Assembly: GCF_036588685.1 (NCBI RefSeq)
Contig: NC_086374.1
Span: 87,544,001-87,608,000 of the forward strand
DNA: 64,000 nucleotides
DNA from: Mytilus trossulus
Taxonomy: Eukaryota
Direction of reading: 5' to 3'
Numbering within the stretch: the first letter of the stretch is position 1; each line of letters starts with the position of its first letter. This document shows positions 1-13,226 of this stretch, piece after piece. A program made the position numbers and the translations under genes. Under the pieces are notes generated by a model. That model saw only the letters and a list, made by a program, of their open reading frames with translations, was not told the origin of the DNA and did no database searches.

Positions 1-3000
1 CCTTTGTCCTAAAATTTTGACATTTTTCGACTGAAAAGTGACAATCTTAGCCCTCCGTAGATATGGAAGATGACGTTATTCTGGTAAATCCATCTAATAC
101 AACCTTTATATATACAGAGTCAATGATTTGGTTGAATTTTATGGACATTGAAAGACCCGGGGGGTCTCAACCTCATTTAAGCGGTCTCGGGTAGGTTTTC
201 GCTATATATTTTGAATATCCAACTGGCACTTTGGGCGCTCCGTAAACATAGAAGACAGGAAGTGTACCCAAATTCCTTTTAGTCACGTTTGTATCTACCT
301 ATTGACTAAATGTCTGTCAAATATTAGAAAGATTGAGAAATCAGGGGGCTCTCACCATTACCCTGTGCCCTTTGTCCTAAAATTTTGACATTTTTCGACT
401 GAAAAGTGACAATCTTAGCCCTCCGTAGATATGGAAGATGACGTTATTCTGGTAAATCCATCTAATACAACCTTTATATATACAGAGTCAATGATTTGGT
501 TGAATTTTATGGACATTGAAAGACCCGGGGGGTCTCAACCTCATTTAAGCGGTCTCGGGTAGGTTTTCGCTATATATTTTGAATATCCAACTGGCACTTT
601 GGGCGCTCCGTAAACATAGAAGACAGGAAGTGTACCCAAATTCCTTTTAGTCACGTTTGTATCTACCTATTGACTAAATGTCTGTCAAATATTAGAAAGA
701 TTGAGAAATCAGGGGGCTCTCACCATTACCCTGTGCCCTTTGTCCTAAAATTTTGACATTTTTCGACTGAAAAGTGACAATCTTAGCCCTCCGTAGATAT
801 GGAAGATGACGTTATTCTGGTAAATCCATCTAATACAACCTTTATATATACAGAGTCAATGATTTGGTTGAATTTTATGGACATTGAAAGACCCGGGGGG
901 TCTCAACCTCATTTAAGCGGTCTCGGGTAGGTTTTCGCTATATATTTTGAATATCCAACTGGCACTTTGGGCGCTCCGTAAACATAGAAGACAGGAAGTG
1001 TACCCAAATTCCTTTTAGTCACGTTTGTATCTACCTATTGACTAAATGTCTGTCAAATATTAGAAAGATTGAGAAATCAGGGGGCTCTCACCATTACCCT
1101 GTGCCCTTTGTCCTAAAATTTTGACATTTTTCGACTGAAAAGTGACAATCTTAGCCCTCCGTAGATATGGAAGATGACGTTATTCTGGTAAATCCATCTA
1201 ATACAACCTTTATATATACAGAGTCAATGATTTGGTTGAATTTTATGGACATTGAAAGACCCGGGGGGTCTCAACCTCATTTAAGCGGTCTCGGGTAGGT
1301 TTTCGCTATATATTTTGAATATCCAACTGGCACTTTGGGCGCTCCGTAAACATAGAAGACAGGAAGTGTACCCAAATTCCTTTTAGTCACGTTTGTATCT
1401 ACCTATTGACTAAATGTCTGTCAAATATTAGAAAGATTGAGAAATCAGGGGGCTCTCACCATTACCCTGTGCCCTTTGTCCTAAAATTTTGACATTTTTC
1501 GACTGAAAAGTGACAATCTTAGCCCTCCGTAGATATGGAAGATGACGTTATTCTGGTAAATCCATCTAATACAACCTTTATATATACAGAGTCAATGATT
1601 TGGTTGAATTTTATGGACATTGAAAGACCCGGGGGGTCTCAACCTCATTTAAGCGGTCTCGGGTAGGTTTTCGCTATATATTTTGAATATCCAACTGGCA
1701 CTTTGGGCGCTCCGTAAACATAGAAGACAGGAAGTGTACCCAAATTCCTTTTAGTCACGTTTGTATCTACCTATTGACTAAATGTCTGTCAAATATTAGA
1801 AAGATTGAGAAATCAGGGGGCTCTCACCATTACCCTGTGCCCTTTGTCCTAAAATTTTGACATTTTTCGACTGAAAAGTGACAATCTTAGCCCTCCGTAG
1901 ATATGGAAGATGACGTTATTCTGGTAAATCCATCTAATACAACCTTTATATATACAGAGTCAATGATTTGGTTGAATTTTATGGACATTGAAAGACCCGG
2001 GGGGTCTCAACCTCATTTAAGCGGTCTCGGGTAGGTTTTCGCTATATATTTTGAATATCCAACTGGCACTTTGGGCGCTCCGTAAACATAGAAGACAGGA
2101 AGTGTACCCAAATTCCTTTTAGTCACGTTTGTATCTACCTATTGACTAAATGTCTGTCAAATATTAGAAAGATTGAGAAATCAGGGGGCTCTCACCATTA
2201 CCCTGTGCCCTTTGTCCTAAAATTTTGACATTTTTCGACTGAAAAGTGACAATCTTAGCCCTCCGTAGATATGGAAGATGACGTTATTCTGGTAAATCCA
2301 TCTAATACAACCTTTATATATACAGAGTCAATGATTTGGTTGAATTTTATGGACATTGAAAGACCCGGGGGGTCTCAACCTCATTTAAGCGGTCTCGGGT
2401 AGGTTTTCGCTATATATTTTGAATATCCAACTGGCACTTTGGGCGCTCCGTAAACATAGAAGACAGGAAGTGTACCCAAATTCCTTTTAGTCACGTTTGT
2501 ATCTACCTATTGACTAAATGTCTGTCAAATATTAGAAAGATTGAGAAATCAGGGGGCTCTCACCATTACCCTGTGCCCTTTGTCCTAAAATTTTGACATT
2601 TTTCGACTGAAAAGTGACAATCTTAGCCCTCCGTAGATATGGAAGATGACGTTATTCTGGTAAATCCATCTAATACAACCTTTATATATACAGAGTCAAT
2701 GATTTGGTTGAATTTTATGGACATTGAAAGACCCGGGGGGTCTCAACCTCATTTAAGCGGTCTCGGGTAGGTTTTCGCTATATATTTTGAATATCCAACT
2801 GGCACTTTGGGCGCTCCGTAAACATAGAAGACAGGAAGTGTACCCAAATTCCTTTTAGTCACGTTTGTATCTACCTATTGACTAAATGTCTGTCAAATAT
2901 TAGAAAGATTGAGAAATCAGGGGGCTCTCACCATTACCCTGTGCCCTTTGTCCTAAAATTTTGACATTTTTCGACTGAAAAGTGACAATCTTAGCCCTCC

Positions 3001-3346
3001 GTAGATATGGAAGATGACGTTATTCTGGTAAATCCATCTAATACAACCTTTATATATACAGAGTCAATGATTTGGTTGAATTTTATGGACATTGAAAGAC
3101 CCGGGGGGTCTCAACCTCATTTAAGCGGTCTCGGGTAGGTTTTCGCTATATATTTTGAATATCCAACTGGCACTTTGGGCGCTCCGTAAACATAGAAGAC
3201 AGGAAGTGTACCCAAATTCCTTTTAGTCACGTTTGTATCTACCTATTGACTAAATGTCTGTCAAATATTAGAAAGATTGAGAAATCAGGGGGCTCTCACC
3301 ATTACCCTGTGCCCTTTGTCCTAAAATTTTGACATTTTTCGACTGA
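1..3346. repeat. Tandem satellite array, 368-bp monomer, about 9.1 copies visible (runs off the left edge)
   Basis: CCTTTGTCCTAAAATTTTGAC recurs at 1, 369, ..., 1841, ..., 3313. No differences between copies were seen by eye. The array ends abruptly after GACTGA at about 3346. Confidence 0.97.
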
Positions 3347-4245
3347 TTTGTTTTTTGTTTTTTTGGCTTTCCATATATATTTCTATTTATAGTTATAAAT
3401 ATTTCTAGAGTTATGGGTTTTTCTTTTTGTCTTAAGAAATATTATACACAAAAGTACATCTTTGAAGTCGTTTTATTGACAAAACTCTATATTACATATA
3501 GACAAATATGTAACATGAAAAAGGGTTTATATTCGAGGACAACGAGAAATTATGACGAGAAATTACGCCAGCTTGAAAAGGTCATTTAACGATTTCCTAC
3601 GTATTTTATCAGTCTTTTAAAATATGAAAATCATGCTTTTTATGTTATCAAGTATTTTATTTTTTTATAATTTTTTTCACTAAATTTTGAATATCAAACT
3701 GGCTGCTAGCAGCCGATTGGATATTGAATATCGAATAACGAATAACGAACCGGCTGCTAACTTCACATACATAGATAATTGTTTATTTTAATGACATATC
3801 CATGCGTATTGCGATCACCGGATTTTAACGAAGAGGGTTACGCTCAGGTCACTATGCATACGGAAAATATGTCGGCAAATTGGAAGAAATAAAAATAAGT
3901 AAACTTCTTTTAAATGTGGACAAATTAAAGAATTTTCCTCAGAAAAAAGTATACGTACATAAGTTGTATAATGAAAACTATTCATTTAGTTATAAAAAAA
4001 AAACAAATGCATATTTTTTTTCTAATTTGAGGTTTCTTTTGACTTAAAATTAATGCTCTATTTTATGACGATTTAAGTTTCCGAAATTCCCTTTGTCAAG
4101 TATATTCTAAAAATAAGTGTTCAGGACAGATTATGGTCATTTACTGATCCTTGACCTTAATTATGATCTAAAACTCTACACTGGTAACGTTATTCCATAC
4201 TTGAGTTTTTCTAATTGTTACATCATGTACGTAATGTTCTTTCAG

Positions 4246-7200
4246 CAATGTGTCACAGATTTCTACATTACTCCACAAGGTCACGTGTTCTATGATCTTA
4301 AATGTGCATCAAATAGGGTAAGTATTCTAGGTTAACTTTTAAATAAATGTTCGGAAGGATGAGGTCTGACCATTCGTTTTAACTCGGCAGATTCCGTTCT
4401 TCAATCTATCAGAATTCGGATGCACCCGAGAATTGCCGATTGGATGGATGCCAAACTTGGATGTTGAGTAGAGTTTTTCAATTGCATTGAACTCTTTGTT
4501 ATCAATCGGATTGACATTTACGTGTATCACAGACAATCAAGAGTTATAAATAGAGGAAAACCTATACCAAGTCCGAATAAGTAAGATTTGTATCTAGCAT
4601 ATTTTTTTTGTTTTAAAGAAGAAGCCAGACTTATTTATAAAGATACAGATAAAAAAAAAAACGTCTTTAAATATTGATATTTCATAATTATTGTTTCATT
4701 AACAGATCATTTTTATGGCATGTGCATTTTTAATTGCTATAACTTATATTTCTCGTCGCGATAAAGGGAACTTGTACCAACTTAAGTTATCATCATATAA
4801 AATGACAAGTTTATCCATCAACGTTAAGAATTTTATCTAATTAGGGAGCTACCATTTGATTTTTATGAGAGGGGAGGGGGCGGGCTAGGATGAAATTTGA
4901 AAAAAAGGCAGGGCATGATTTTTTTAGTAAAAAAAGGCAGGATAAACTAATAATAAGAAAGACAGGAACGATTAGAGTGAAAAAAACGAAAAAGCAGCAC
5001 AGAGATAACAAATGCAGGACAACATTTTTCATCCTACAACCCCACCCTCATAAAAATCAAATGGTAGCTCCCTTATTTCTAATACGTAACAATCTTCTTA
5101 TTGTAAGGTGTGTGATGCTTTAAATAAGTTTGGGAAGAGAGAAGTTAAACGTCAAGATGACAATTTATACATCTGCCAGCAATGCTGTAACTCAAACCGT
5201 TGTAACCAATATGGATGTGGGGACCAGAGTAAGTACACAATATATGTCAAAGATACGGTTTCATAAATGTTCATCATCTTGATATGGGGACCAAAGTCAG
5301 TAAATGCAGCAGAAAAATGTAACCATATTAGTTATTTAACAAAGTTTGCAAAATAATGTGGACAATTAAGTAACCTATATGATGCAAAACATCTTCATAA
5401 TCTTCATAATCTCAGAAAGTAAAAGTAAAATAAATATATGCTTGGAAACCAATTTCAATATAATCGAAATTTTTCATTTAAGATATTTCTTAGCCTCGAA
5501 TATTATACTAACATTATCTATTTTAATAGAGCCTCTAATGTTGGTCGGTTTGACTGTTTGAGCTCTTCTCAATGTTTGAAGTGTTTGTGGGTTAAAGGTA
5601 TAACAATTGAGCTGCGTCGGAAAGAGATCGACCTTATGCAAATCAACATCAATACATATGTCAACCTATTTTGGTTTGGACAAAAAGATCAACCGAAAGT
5701 TTTGGACTGTTTGCAAGTTAAATTGTTAGTCATCTGTTACAAAACGTACCAAACGTCATCTTTTGTTTTATTGTATTTCGTATATGATTGTTCCAAAATT
5801 AACCAGAGTCTAATACATATACATATTTACGTACACTTGCATAGGTCGATATATTTGAAAGAAAGAAACGATTTCATGACTTAATGAACATTTCTTTATT
5901 CGCAGATAAGTTGAATCGGACACTTTGCTACAGTTGTAATGACGTAGAGCATCCAAGTAAATGTGACACAGTTTCTGTTTGCGACATAGATAAGGTATTC
6001 AGTAAAGCTAGTGTCAATTACATAGATAAGATATTCATTAAAGCTAGTGTCTGTTACATAGCTGAGGTATTCAGTAAAGCTGGCGTCTACTACATAGATA
6101 AGGTATTCATTAAAGCTAGTGTCTGTTACATAGCTGAGGTATTCAGTAAAGCTTGTGTATATTATATAGATAAGGTATTCATTAAAGCTAGTGTCTGTTA
6201 CATAGATAAGATATTCATTAAAGCTAGCGTCTATTACATTTGGCTGAGGTATTCATTAAAAGCTAGCGTCTATTTCATAATTAGGTATTCGTTAAAAGCT
6301 AGCGTCTGTCACATAGATAAGCTAGCGTTTTATATGACAGTTTTTGTCCATTCGTTTTTGATGTGTTTGTCATTTGATTTTGTCATGTGATTGTGGACTT
6401 TCCGATTGGATTTTCCTCTGAGTTTAGTATTTTTGTGATTGTAGTTTTTACATAGATACGGTAAAAGCTAGCGTTTATTACAAAATTAAGTTAAGATAGC
6501 GTCTATTACATAGATGAGGTATTCATTAAAGTAAGCATCTATTGTATAGATAAGGTATTCATTAAAGCTAGTGTCTGCGACATAGAAAAGGTATTCAGTA
6601 AAGCTAGCCTCTGTGACATAGATTAGATTTTCAAGCGTCTGCGACATGGGTAAAGTTGTTCACTGCGAAATAGATAACGTATGCATAAACGTTAGCTTTC
6701 GTGGCATAGATAACGGTATTAGTTATATAACCGGAAACCAAAGGACACGAGAGTGTATACAGCTTTTGGTCACCGTATGGCCTATTTCTTCAAGTCAAAC
6801 TCATTCCGTATATTTAGCTGTAAAACCCGCTATATGAAAAAATATCAAACCAATAAAGAGAGAAAACTAACAACCTCATTCAAGCAAAACAATAAACAAA
6901 AATCAAATATGGCGACCAGTGAATCCCAGGCTCCTTGGATACAAGATGAAGCGGGGTTAAACATGTTTTTGACCCCTAACCACTGACAGTGATGAACAAC
7001 ACAACATAAGAACAATCTTTTAAAATTATTTTGAATGAAATCAAATCAGCCCAATGAAAAAAACAAAAAAATCCCCCCAAAAACATCACCTAACAGTGTA
7101 ACAAAAAGAACAAAAAACTACAGATCTATGAGTACTCACAGTTACTGAGGGCTAGTCAAAGATAACTAAACAAATTAAAAAATAAATATTTTTTTTTCCA

Positions 7201-10200
7201 GACCTATCAATCAGTACGCTGCACCCAACGGATTTAGTGTAAAGTCGTCATAAGTCCTATCTGCACTGGCTCAATAATTGCTCATTTTGTTTAATTCTTT
7301 TTTACAGACGCTTGGGTACTCAGTAATGTAAAATGATACGATTTTCAGTTGTCTCTCATTCCAAGCAATCTTAAATAAAAATCTATGTTTTCTAGGAATG
7401 CTATACCAAAGAATTCGTCAATGATATGTTTAACACACGTTACGAGATGGGATGCGAGCACAAGGAGGTATAGATAGATATAAAATCTTATTTTTATTAC
7501 AAATTTTGTTTTGCTCTCCAATCTCTATATTATCATTAAAAGCTATGGTTCGGTACCGTCACCAATGGTAAAGACTGAAATAACTAGTACCTTACTTTAA
7601 TTAAAATATCTAAATTAATCTTGTTTTACGAATTAGTTTTCAATTTCATGGTTTTGAAAACACTGTCTACATATTCGCAGTCGTCTACTGTTTATGCGTA
7701 CAGTTTGAAAAAAAAAGTTTACTCTATGGACCTAGGCTTTGTATTATTTCCAATTGCACGTATCATTGCTATATCTTTACAACGAGCAAGGGTCGAAATC
7801 TAAACGATTTACATTGACAAACCTTTGGAATTTGATGCTAACAAACAATGTGAGTTGACAAACAATATTTGTCGAGCATGAATTTTTATCTGATGAACAA
7901 ACACGCATCAAGAGAATTGGAACCGATTTCAGACCATTATGTTCAGGTATTGTAAAATCTCTGTATACTTTTTTGGTGTTTACTATATTTAAATACTTAA
8001 AGAATGTAAATTTGAATAATCAAAATCTTGTTACTCAAAGTAACTGTATGATGTTGCCTTTTAAGTCATATTACTTTAAATATACAATACGGATTACACG
8101 ATATTGTACAAACAATGATAACTGTAACAAATTAAAATATGAAATCGGAAAATTGTAAATTTATAGATGTGTAAAAAGATGATGGGTAAAGAATCACTCC
8201 TAGCTGGTCATCCAAAGGCTAAGAAACAAATAATAGGAGGGATTGATAACTTTGATATCTGTTATTACTGTTGTGATAACGATTTCTGCAACAAGAAAGA
8301 ATGTGAGAAAGGTAAGGCTTCATGTATTTATCCAATCTTTCAATACAAATATAAGGAATCTGGACAGCGGTCCTTCGTTTATATATTTCTTATTTTTTGT
8401 TTACCATTTCCCCCCTTTTTTGTATATTTTCTTAATTATTTTGAATGGTTTATTTTACATTTTGCCCATTATATTAATCTATCCCTAATTTTCATCAAAC
8501 TTATAATAATACAACACGTTTGTTGTCTGTTTTTTGTCTTTCTATCACCATGGAGATGTTAGTTTAATTTCGACTTTGAATGAGTTTGAATGACCCTTTG
8601 GTATCTTTCGGCCGCATTCTTAATTCCTTCATCCGTAATTTTGGTCGACCTTTTTATTATTTTTCGTTTCTTGAATATACATGTATATGAGATATTCGCC
8701 ATGTTATGCATAAAAACTTTCAATTAGTCTAATATTTTATATACTTTTTTCCCTTGTCTCAAGTGTGTCATTTCATTTAGTATAAAGTACGGTTCTTAGA
8801 TGTTTTCAGTTCCTTTTTGTCCATATATATTTTTTAGTTTAGAAAAATAATTCTGCTCAAACAATCCTCATGAGATAAATCTGGAATCTATCTATCTTGT
8901 GTCAAAATAGCGGCATGGTCTTTCATTTTCTAAAGGGTTCATGTATTTAATGATGATTTGACAATTTTGAGATGGTTTTAAGATGTGTATCATTCTTCCC
9001 AACAGGACATCCCAGTACTCAACATAATATACAGACAAGTACTATACCAACTACTGTGACAACGAAAAAAGCGACACAACCACCGCCGACAACTACAAAA
9101 GCGACACACCCACCGCTGACAACTCCAAAAGCGACACACCCACCGCCGACAACTCCAAAAGCGACACACCCACCGCTGACAACTCCAAAAGCGACACACC
9201 CACCGCCGACAACTCCAAAAGCGACACACCCACCGCCGACAACTCCAAAAGCGACACACCCACCGCCGACAACTCCAAAAGCGACACACCCACCGCCGAC
9301 AACTCCAAAAGCGACACACCCACCGCCGACAACTAAAAAAGCGACACACCCACCGCCGACAACTAAAAAAGCAACACACCCACCACCGACAACTAAAAAA
9401 GCAACACACCCACCACCGACAACTACAAAAGCGACACACCCACCGCCGACAACTACGAAAGCGACACACCCACCACCAACGACTACCAAAAGGACTCCTC
9501 CACCGACGACAACAACGACTACCAAAATAACTCATCCACCGACGACTGCAACGACTACCAAAAGAACTTATCCACCGACGACAACTACTAGAAGAACTAC
9601 AACGCCAACACCAACTAGTATGTTATTCTCAGTTATTTGATATGCATTGGCATTCAACCGACTATACAAAAGTTAAGAGATGTGATCGTTTTGCCAATGA
9701 GTCAAATATCTCCCTTTCCAGAGTTCGAACAAATGGATATATGAAAATTATAGGTCACCGTGTGGCCTTCAACAATCGAAAATCCATACAAGATAGTCGG
9801 CACCAAAGGACACGTCGTGAAAAATATGATTGACATTAAGTAATAAATTCATTAAACTACTTACTTAGGTCAAGAACGAATAATCCACTATAAATAATTA
9901 TGTTTAAACTAAGAACGTAAAGAAAGTGGCAGGGTTAAGCATTCTTGCAAGCGGTCAAATATCCACATGCCGTGAACGGTGGTTTAACAGCACAACAAAA
10001 GAACAAACGGTACAAATCAGTAAAAATATACACAAAACACACCGATATAAGACTACCTGCAAACTGAAGGCTAGTTCAAAGCCAATTACAGCTACGTTGT
10101 AATAAATAGATCTCAGACTAAAATAAAATAAGTGCACATCCAACGGATTTAGTGTAAAGACGTTTTAAAGATGTGCTTCATTCTTAAAAAAATATAAAAA

Positions 10201-12860
10201 ATCGTTATCAAATGAGCGATATTTGCGGCAATTTCCTAACATGATATGCATGTATTCAAACAATAACAGAAAACAGATAGAAATGAAGTGTGTTTGTTGT
10301 ATTATTTGAAAATTTGTGTTATAATTTGCTTACTATTATATTGTATTATTGTTTCGTTTATTATGTGCCCTTATATGTGTATTATCGGTTACGTCTTGCA
10401 TATCTTCTTCACATTATGGAGAGAAATGTATTTCTAAGTTTAAACTAGATTGTGAATCTTTATGCAAGTAAGTTCTTTCCTTATGCGTGTGGTACAGACT
10501 GTTTAAAATGCGTAACCAGGAAACAGTTTTTTTGCACATATTTATATTGAATTTGAATGTAGTTTTGATTGAATTTGTATTTCTTTTTTAAAATTTTAAA
10601 GTGAATCAGATCATTTATATATTCAGCTATGTGATGATTCTTTTAGTAAAATTATGGAAAGCACTCCTTGTGTTTGCTTTGGCCAATTTAATATCCCAGG
10701 ACTGCAACGAACACTTTATTAGGCAGATAAACCAAGAGGGGCAACGAACATTTAATAGGGTTCATAAACTCAGAGGTGCAACGAAAGGTTTATAAAATCG
10801 GACGTACAACAAACATTATATTTAGTTGGTAAGGTCAGAGGTGCAACGAAAATTATGTACGGTTGATAAACTCAGAGGTGCAATGAAAGGTTGATAAAAT
10901 CAGACGCACAACAAACACCATATTAGTTGATAATGCAACACACACACACACACACACTATACAGGGTTGATAATTTCAGAGGTGCAACGAAAATCATATT
11001 AGGTTCATAAACTCAGAGGTGCATTTGAAACTATATAAAAGTCTGATTATAAAAACTTCATCTTATAGTTATATCTGAAAGAAGCTACGTATTTGAAATA
11101 CGTTACATAATTATAGCATTGCCTTTGCACTTAGGAACATTATATTTGGAAAGTGATAAATTGATAATTCTTTTGACTATATTTTTTATACCTTTGGGGA
11201 TTGATATAAAGGCATTTTTATAATAATCTTTATCCATTTAACAAATTTCAGATTTAGTTAAACTTTTAATATACAAATATTAAATCATTTTGATTTCGAA
11301 CTCAGTATGAAAACATTTACAGAACTGAAGCGACAACTCATAAGGGGATATTTATAATAAACTTAGTTAATTGTGTTTGTAGAACCCCCAGCGCTTAATT
11401 GTTATTATTGTGAATACAGCAGCCATGAAAAGGAATGTAATCATACTACAAAGTGTAATCCGGGTGCAGATGTAAGTACATATACAGTTAGATTGGGAAA
11501 ATTTACAATTTGAAAATTCGATTAGATCAAAATTATATATACGTCATATTACTATCGACGGGAACCAAAACTACACCGGACTGCGTTTAATCTTTTCAGT
11601 TTATGGACTTCCCATTTTTGAATTTGCCTTAGAGGAAGAAACATTAAAATTTTCTAGATAATGAATATATCAGAAATCATGGTAATACGAGAAATGTAAT
11701 AATTAAAAATGTTCACTTCAGCAATGTTATTTGAGTAGAGTAGATGGCGGATCTGATAACGACAATCTCTGTTTCTACAAGATGGGTTGTATGGCAAGAA
11801 CCGTAAGTTCCTCTTATAAGTCAATTTGTTTTAAAACTCTGAAACTATAAGTCCCCCTACAAGATCGATTTACAATATGATGGCTTTAAAATGTGGAAAT
11901 CTTTGATATTGTTCCCTTTAATTTCACAAAAACAGATTATTCAAATATAAAAACAATATAAAACAAACAAACATTTTTAATTAAACAAACAAACAACAAA
12001 AGGAACAAAACAGACCCATCCTGTCCCCACCCCCCCAAAAAAAGCCATAAAAAGTTAAACAAAAAAGAAAAGAAAAAAAACATCAACCCAACATCAACAT
12101 ATAATTAGAAAATAATAAAAAAAAACCTCTTACAAATCGGAATATTCTGAGGAAGCCTAGGGTTGCTTTCGCCTTTTTTGCAACTTTTGTAATGTACGTG
12201 TTCTACTTTAGGTATTCTGAAATCTTAGTATAATAGTTGTACTGTTGAAACACTGTTCCATGTTAGAGGGAGGTTGGGGCGCCAACAAACTTGTTCCAAG
12301 TCTGGAGCCTGTACACAGTAGTTGTCATTTTTTGTTGTTTTTCATATTTGTTTTTCGTTCATTGTTTGTAGACCTACCCAGACTGTACGGTTACCTATAG
12401 TTGTAAACTTATATGTTATTTGGTCTCTGGTGGAGAGTTGTCCCATTTGAAATCATACCACATCTTCTGATTTTTATATATGTGGCCATCTTAGAATAAA
12501 CAAAGTATGTGTTTATATAAAACTCTATTCTTCTGGTAAAGTTGAAAAAAGATATATAGAAGGACATTCGAACCAACCACCTCTAGTTAGTGTTTTGAAT
12601 GTAAGAATATAAAAAAAGTTTGTATTTATTATCTACATACGCTTTTTATGTGATGCATAAATAGTATTTAGATAATGTCAGTTTTGCTTTTTTTTTAGGA
12701 CTGCAACCACTACAATTCGACCCTCCATAAGACTGGGACAGCTGTGATGGAAATGGATACGATAGAATTTTTTGAGTGTTGTGACCATTCAAATTGTAAT
12801 AACCATATTATACGTAAACATCCACAACGATGCAATCCATTAACTACTATAAAACCATAA
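4246..12860 (+). CDS. Gene A (5'-incomplete): multi three-finger (Ly6/uPAR-like) domain protein with a Pro/Thr mucin segment, probably secreted
   Basis: Phase-compatible GT-AG exons: 4246-4317 QCVTDFYITPQGHVFYDLKCASNR; 5108-5228 VCDALNKFGKREVKRQDDNLYICQQCCNSNRCNQYGCGDQ; 5906-5994 NKLNRTLCYSCNDVEHPSKCDTVSVCDIDK; 7396-7467 ECYTKEFVNDMFNTRYEMGCEHKE; 8167-8311 MCKKMM...ICYYCCDNDFCNKKECEK; 9006-9617 mucin; 11383-11471 KPPALNCYYCEYSSHEKECNHTTKCNPGAD; 11722-11802 QCYLSRVDGGSDNDNLCFYKMGCMART; 12699-12860 DCNHYN...FFECCDHSNCNNHIIRKHPQRCNPLTTIKP*. The CYxC...CCxxxxCN signature marks LU/three-finger domains. AATAAA at 12893. Confidence 0.85.
4844..5072. mobile_element. MITE with about 28-bp TIRs and TTA target duplication (PIF/Harbinger-like)
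   Basis: TTA|GGGAGCTACCATTTGATTTTTATGAG ... CTCATAAAAATCAAATGGTAGCTCCC|TTA. Confidence 0.85.
5975..6720 (+). repeat. 36-bp minisatellite derived from the exon end and splice donor of the gene A exon 5906-5994
   Basis: The unit ACATAGATAAGGTATTCA(G/T)TAAAGCTAGTGTCTGTT is repeated, interrupted at about 6330-6450 by a dispersed-repeat fragment, and decays towards 6720. Confidence 0.9.
9071..9490 (+). repeat. Coding 30-bp tandem repeat, 14 copies of ATHPP(P/L)TT(P/K/T)K
   Basis: GCGACACACCCACCGCCGACAACTCCAAAA units lie inside exon 9006-9617. Confidence 0.95.
10730..11030. repeat. Degenerate intronic minisatellite
   Basis: CAGAGGTGCAACGAAA...GGTTGATAAA recurs at irregular spacing of about 30-40 bp, with a short (CA)n. 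Confidence 0.7.
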
Positions 12861-13226
12861 ACAATGTCTAGACATGTTTGAAATTAGAATGTAATAAAAG
12901 CAATTTGATAAATGATTGAAAATAAGTTTGAATAGAAACTGCGAAAGAGGTACTTTAATTGTGCTCTTCATTTCGCAAGTAATTCTCTTATATTAAAAAG
13001 AAAGCGGCTGATCCCAAATGGATATTTGAATTCCGAAGTAGGAGACAAACCGACAACGCCATGACATAAAACCTTCGAAAAAATATAAAAAAAGACAAAC
13101 TCCATACAGTCTACAAAACATATAAAACCTAAAACTGAGCAACACAAGCCCCCCATCCCCCAAAAACATAATAAAAACATACAGGGATGTGAACAGGTGC
13201 TCCTTCGTGTTGCTTATGTCAGGCAT

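Noticed and set aside
1-3346. 368-bp array as a CRISPR array, rDNA/5S cluster or retrozyme multimer
   Set aside because: There are no unique spacers, no recognisable rRNA or tRNA, and no CTGANGA...GAAA hammerhead core was found on either strand.
8990-9535. Minus-strand ORFs with striking CRRWVCRFWS and VVGGGCVAF repeats
   Set aside because: They are antisense shadows of the 30-bp mucin repeat. The plus frame has proper splice sites and fits gene A.
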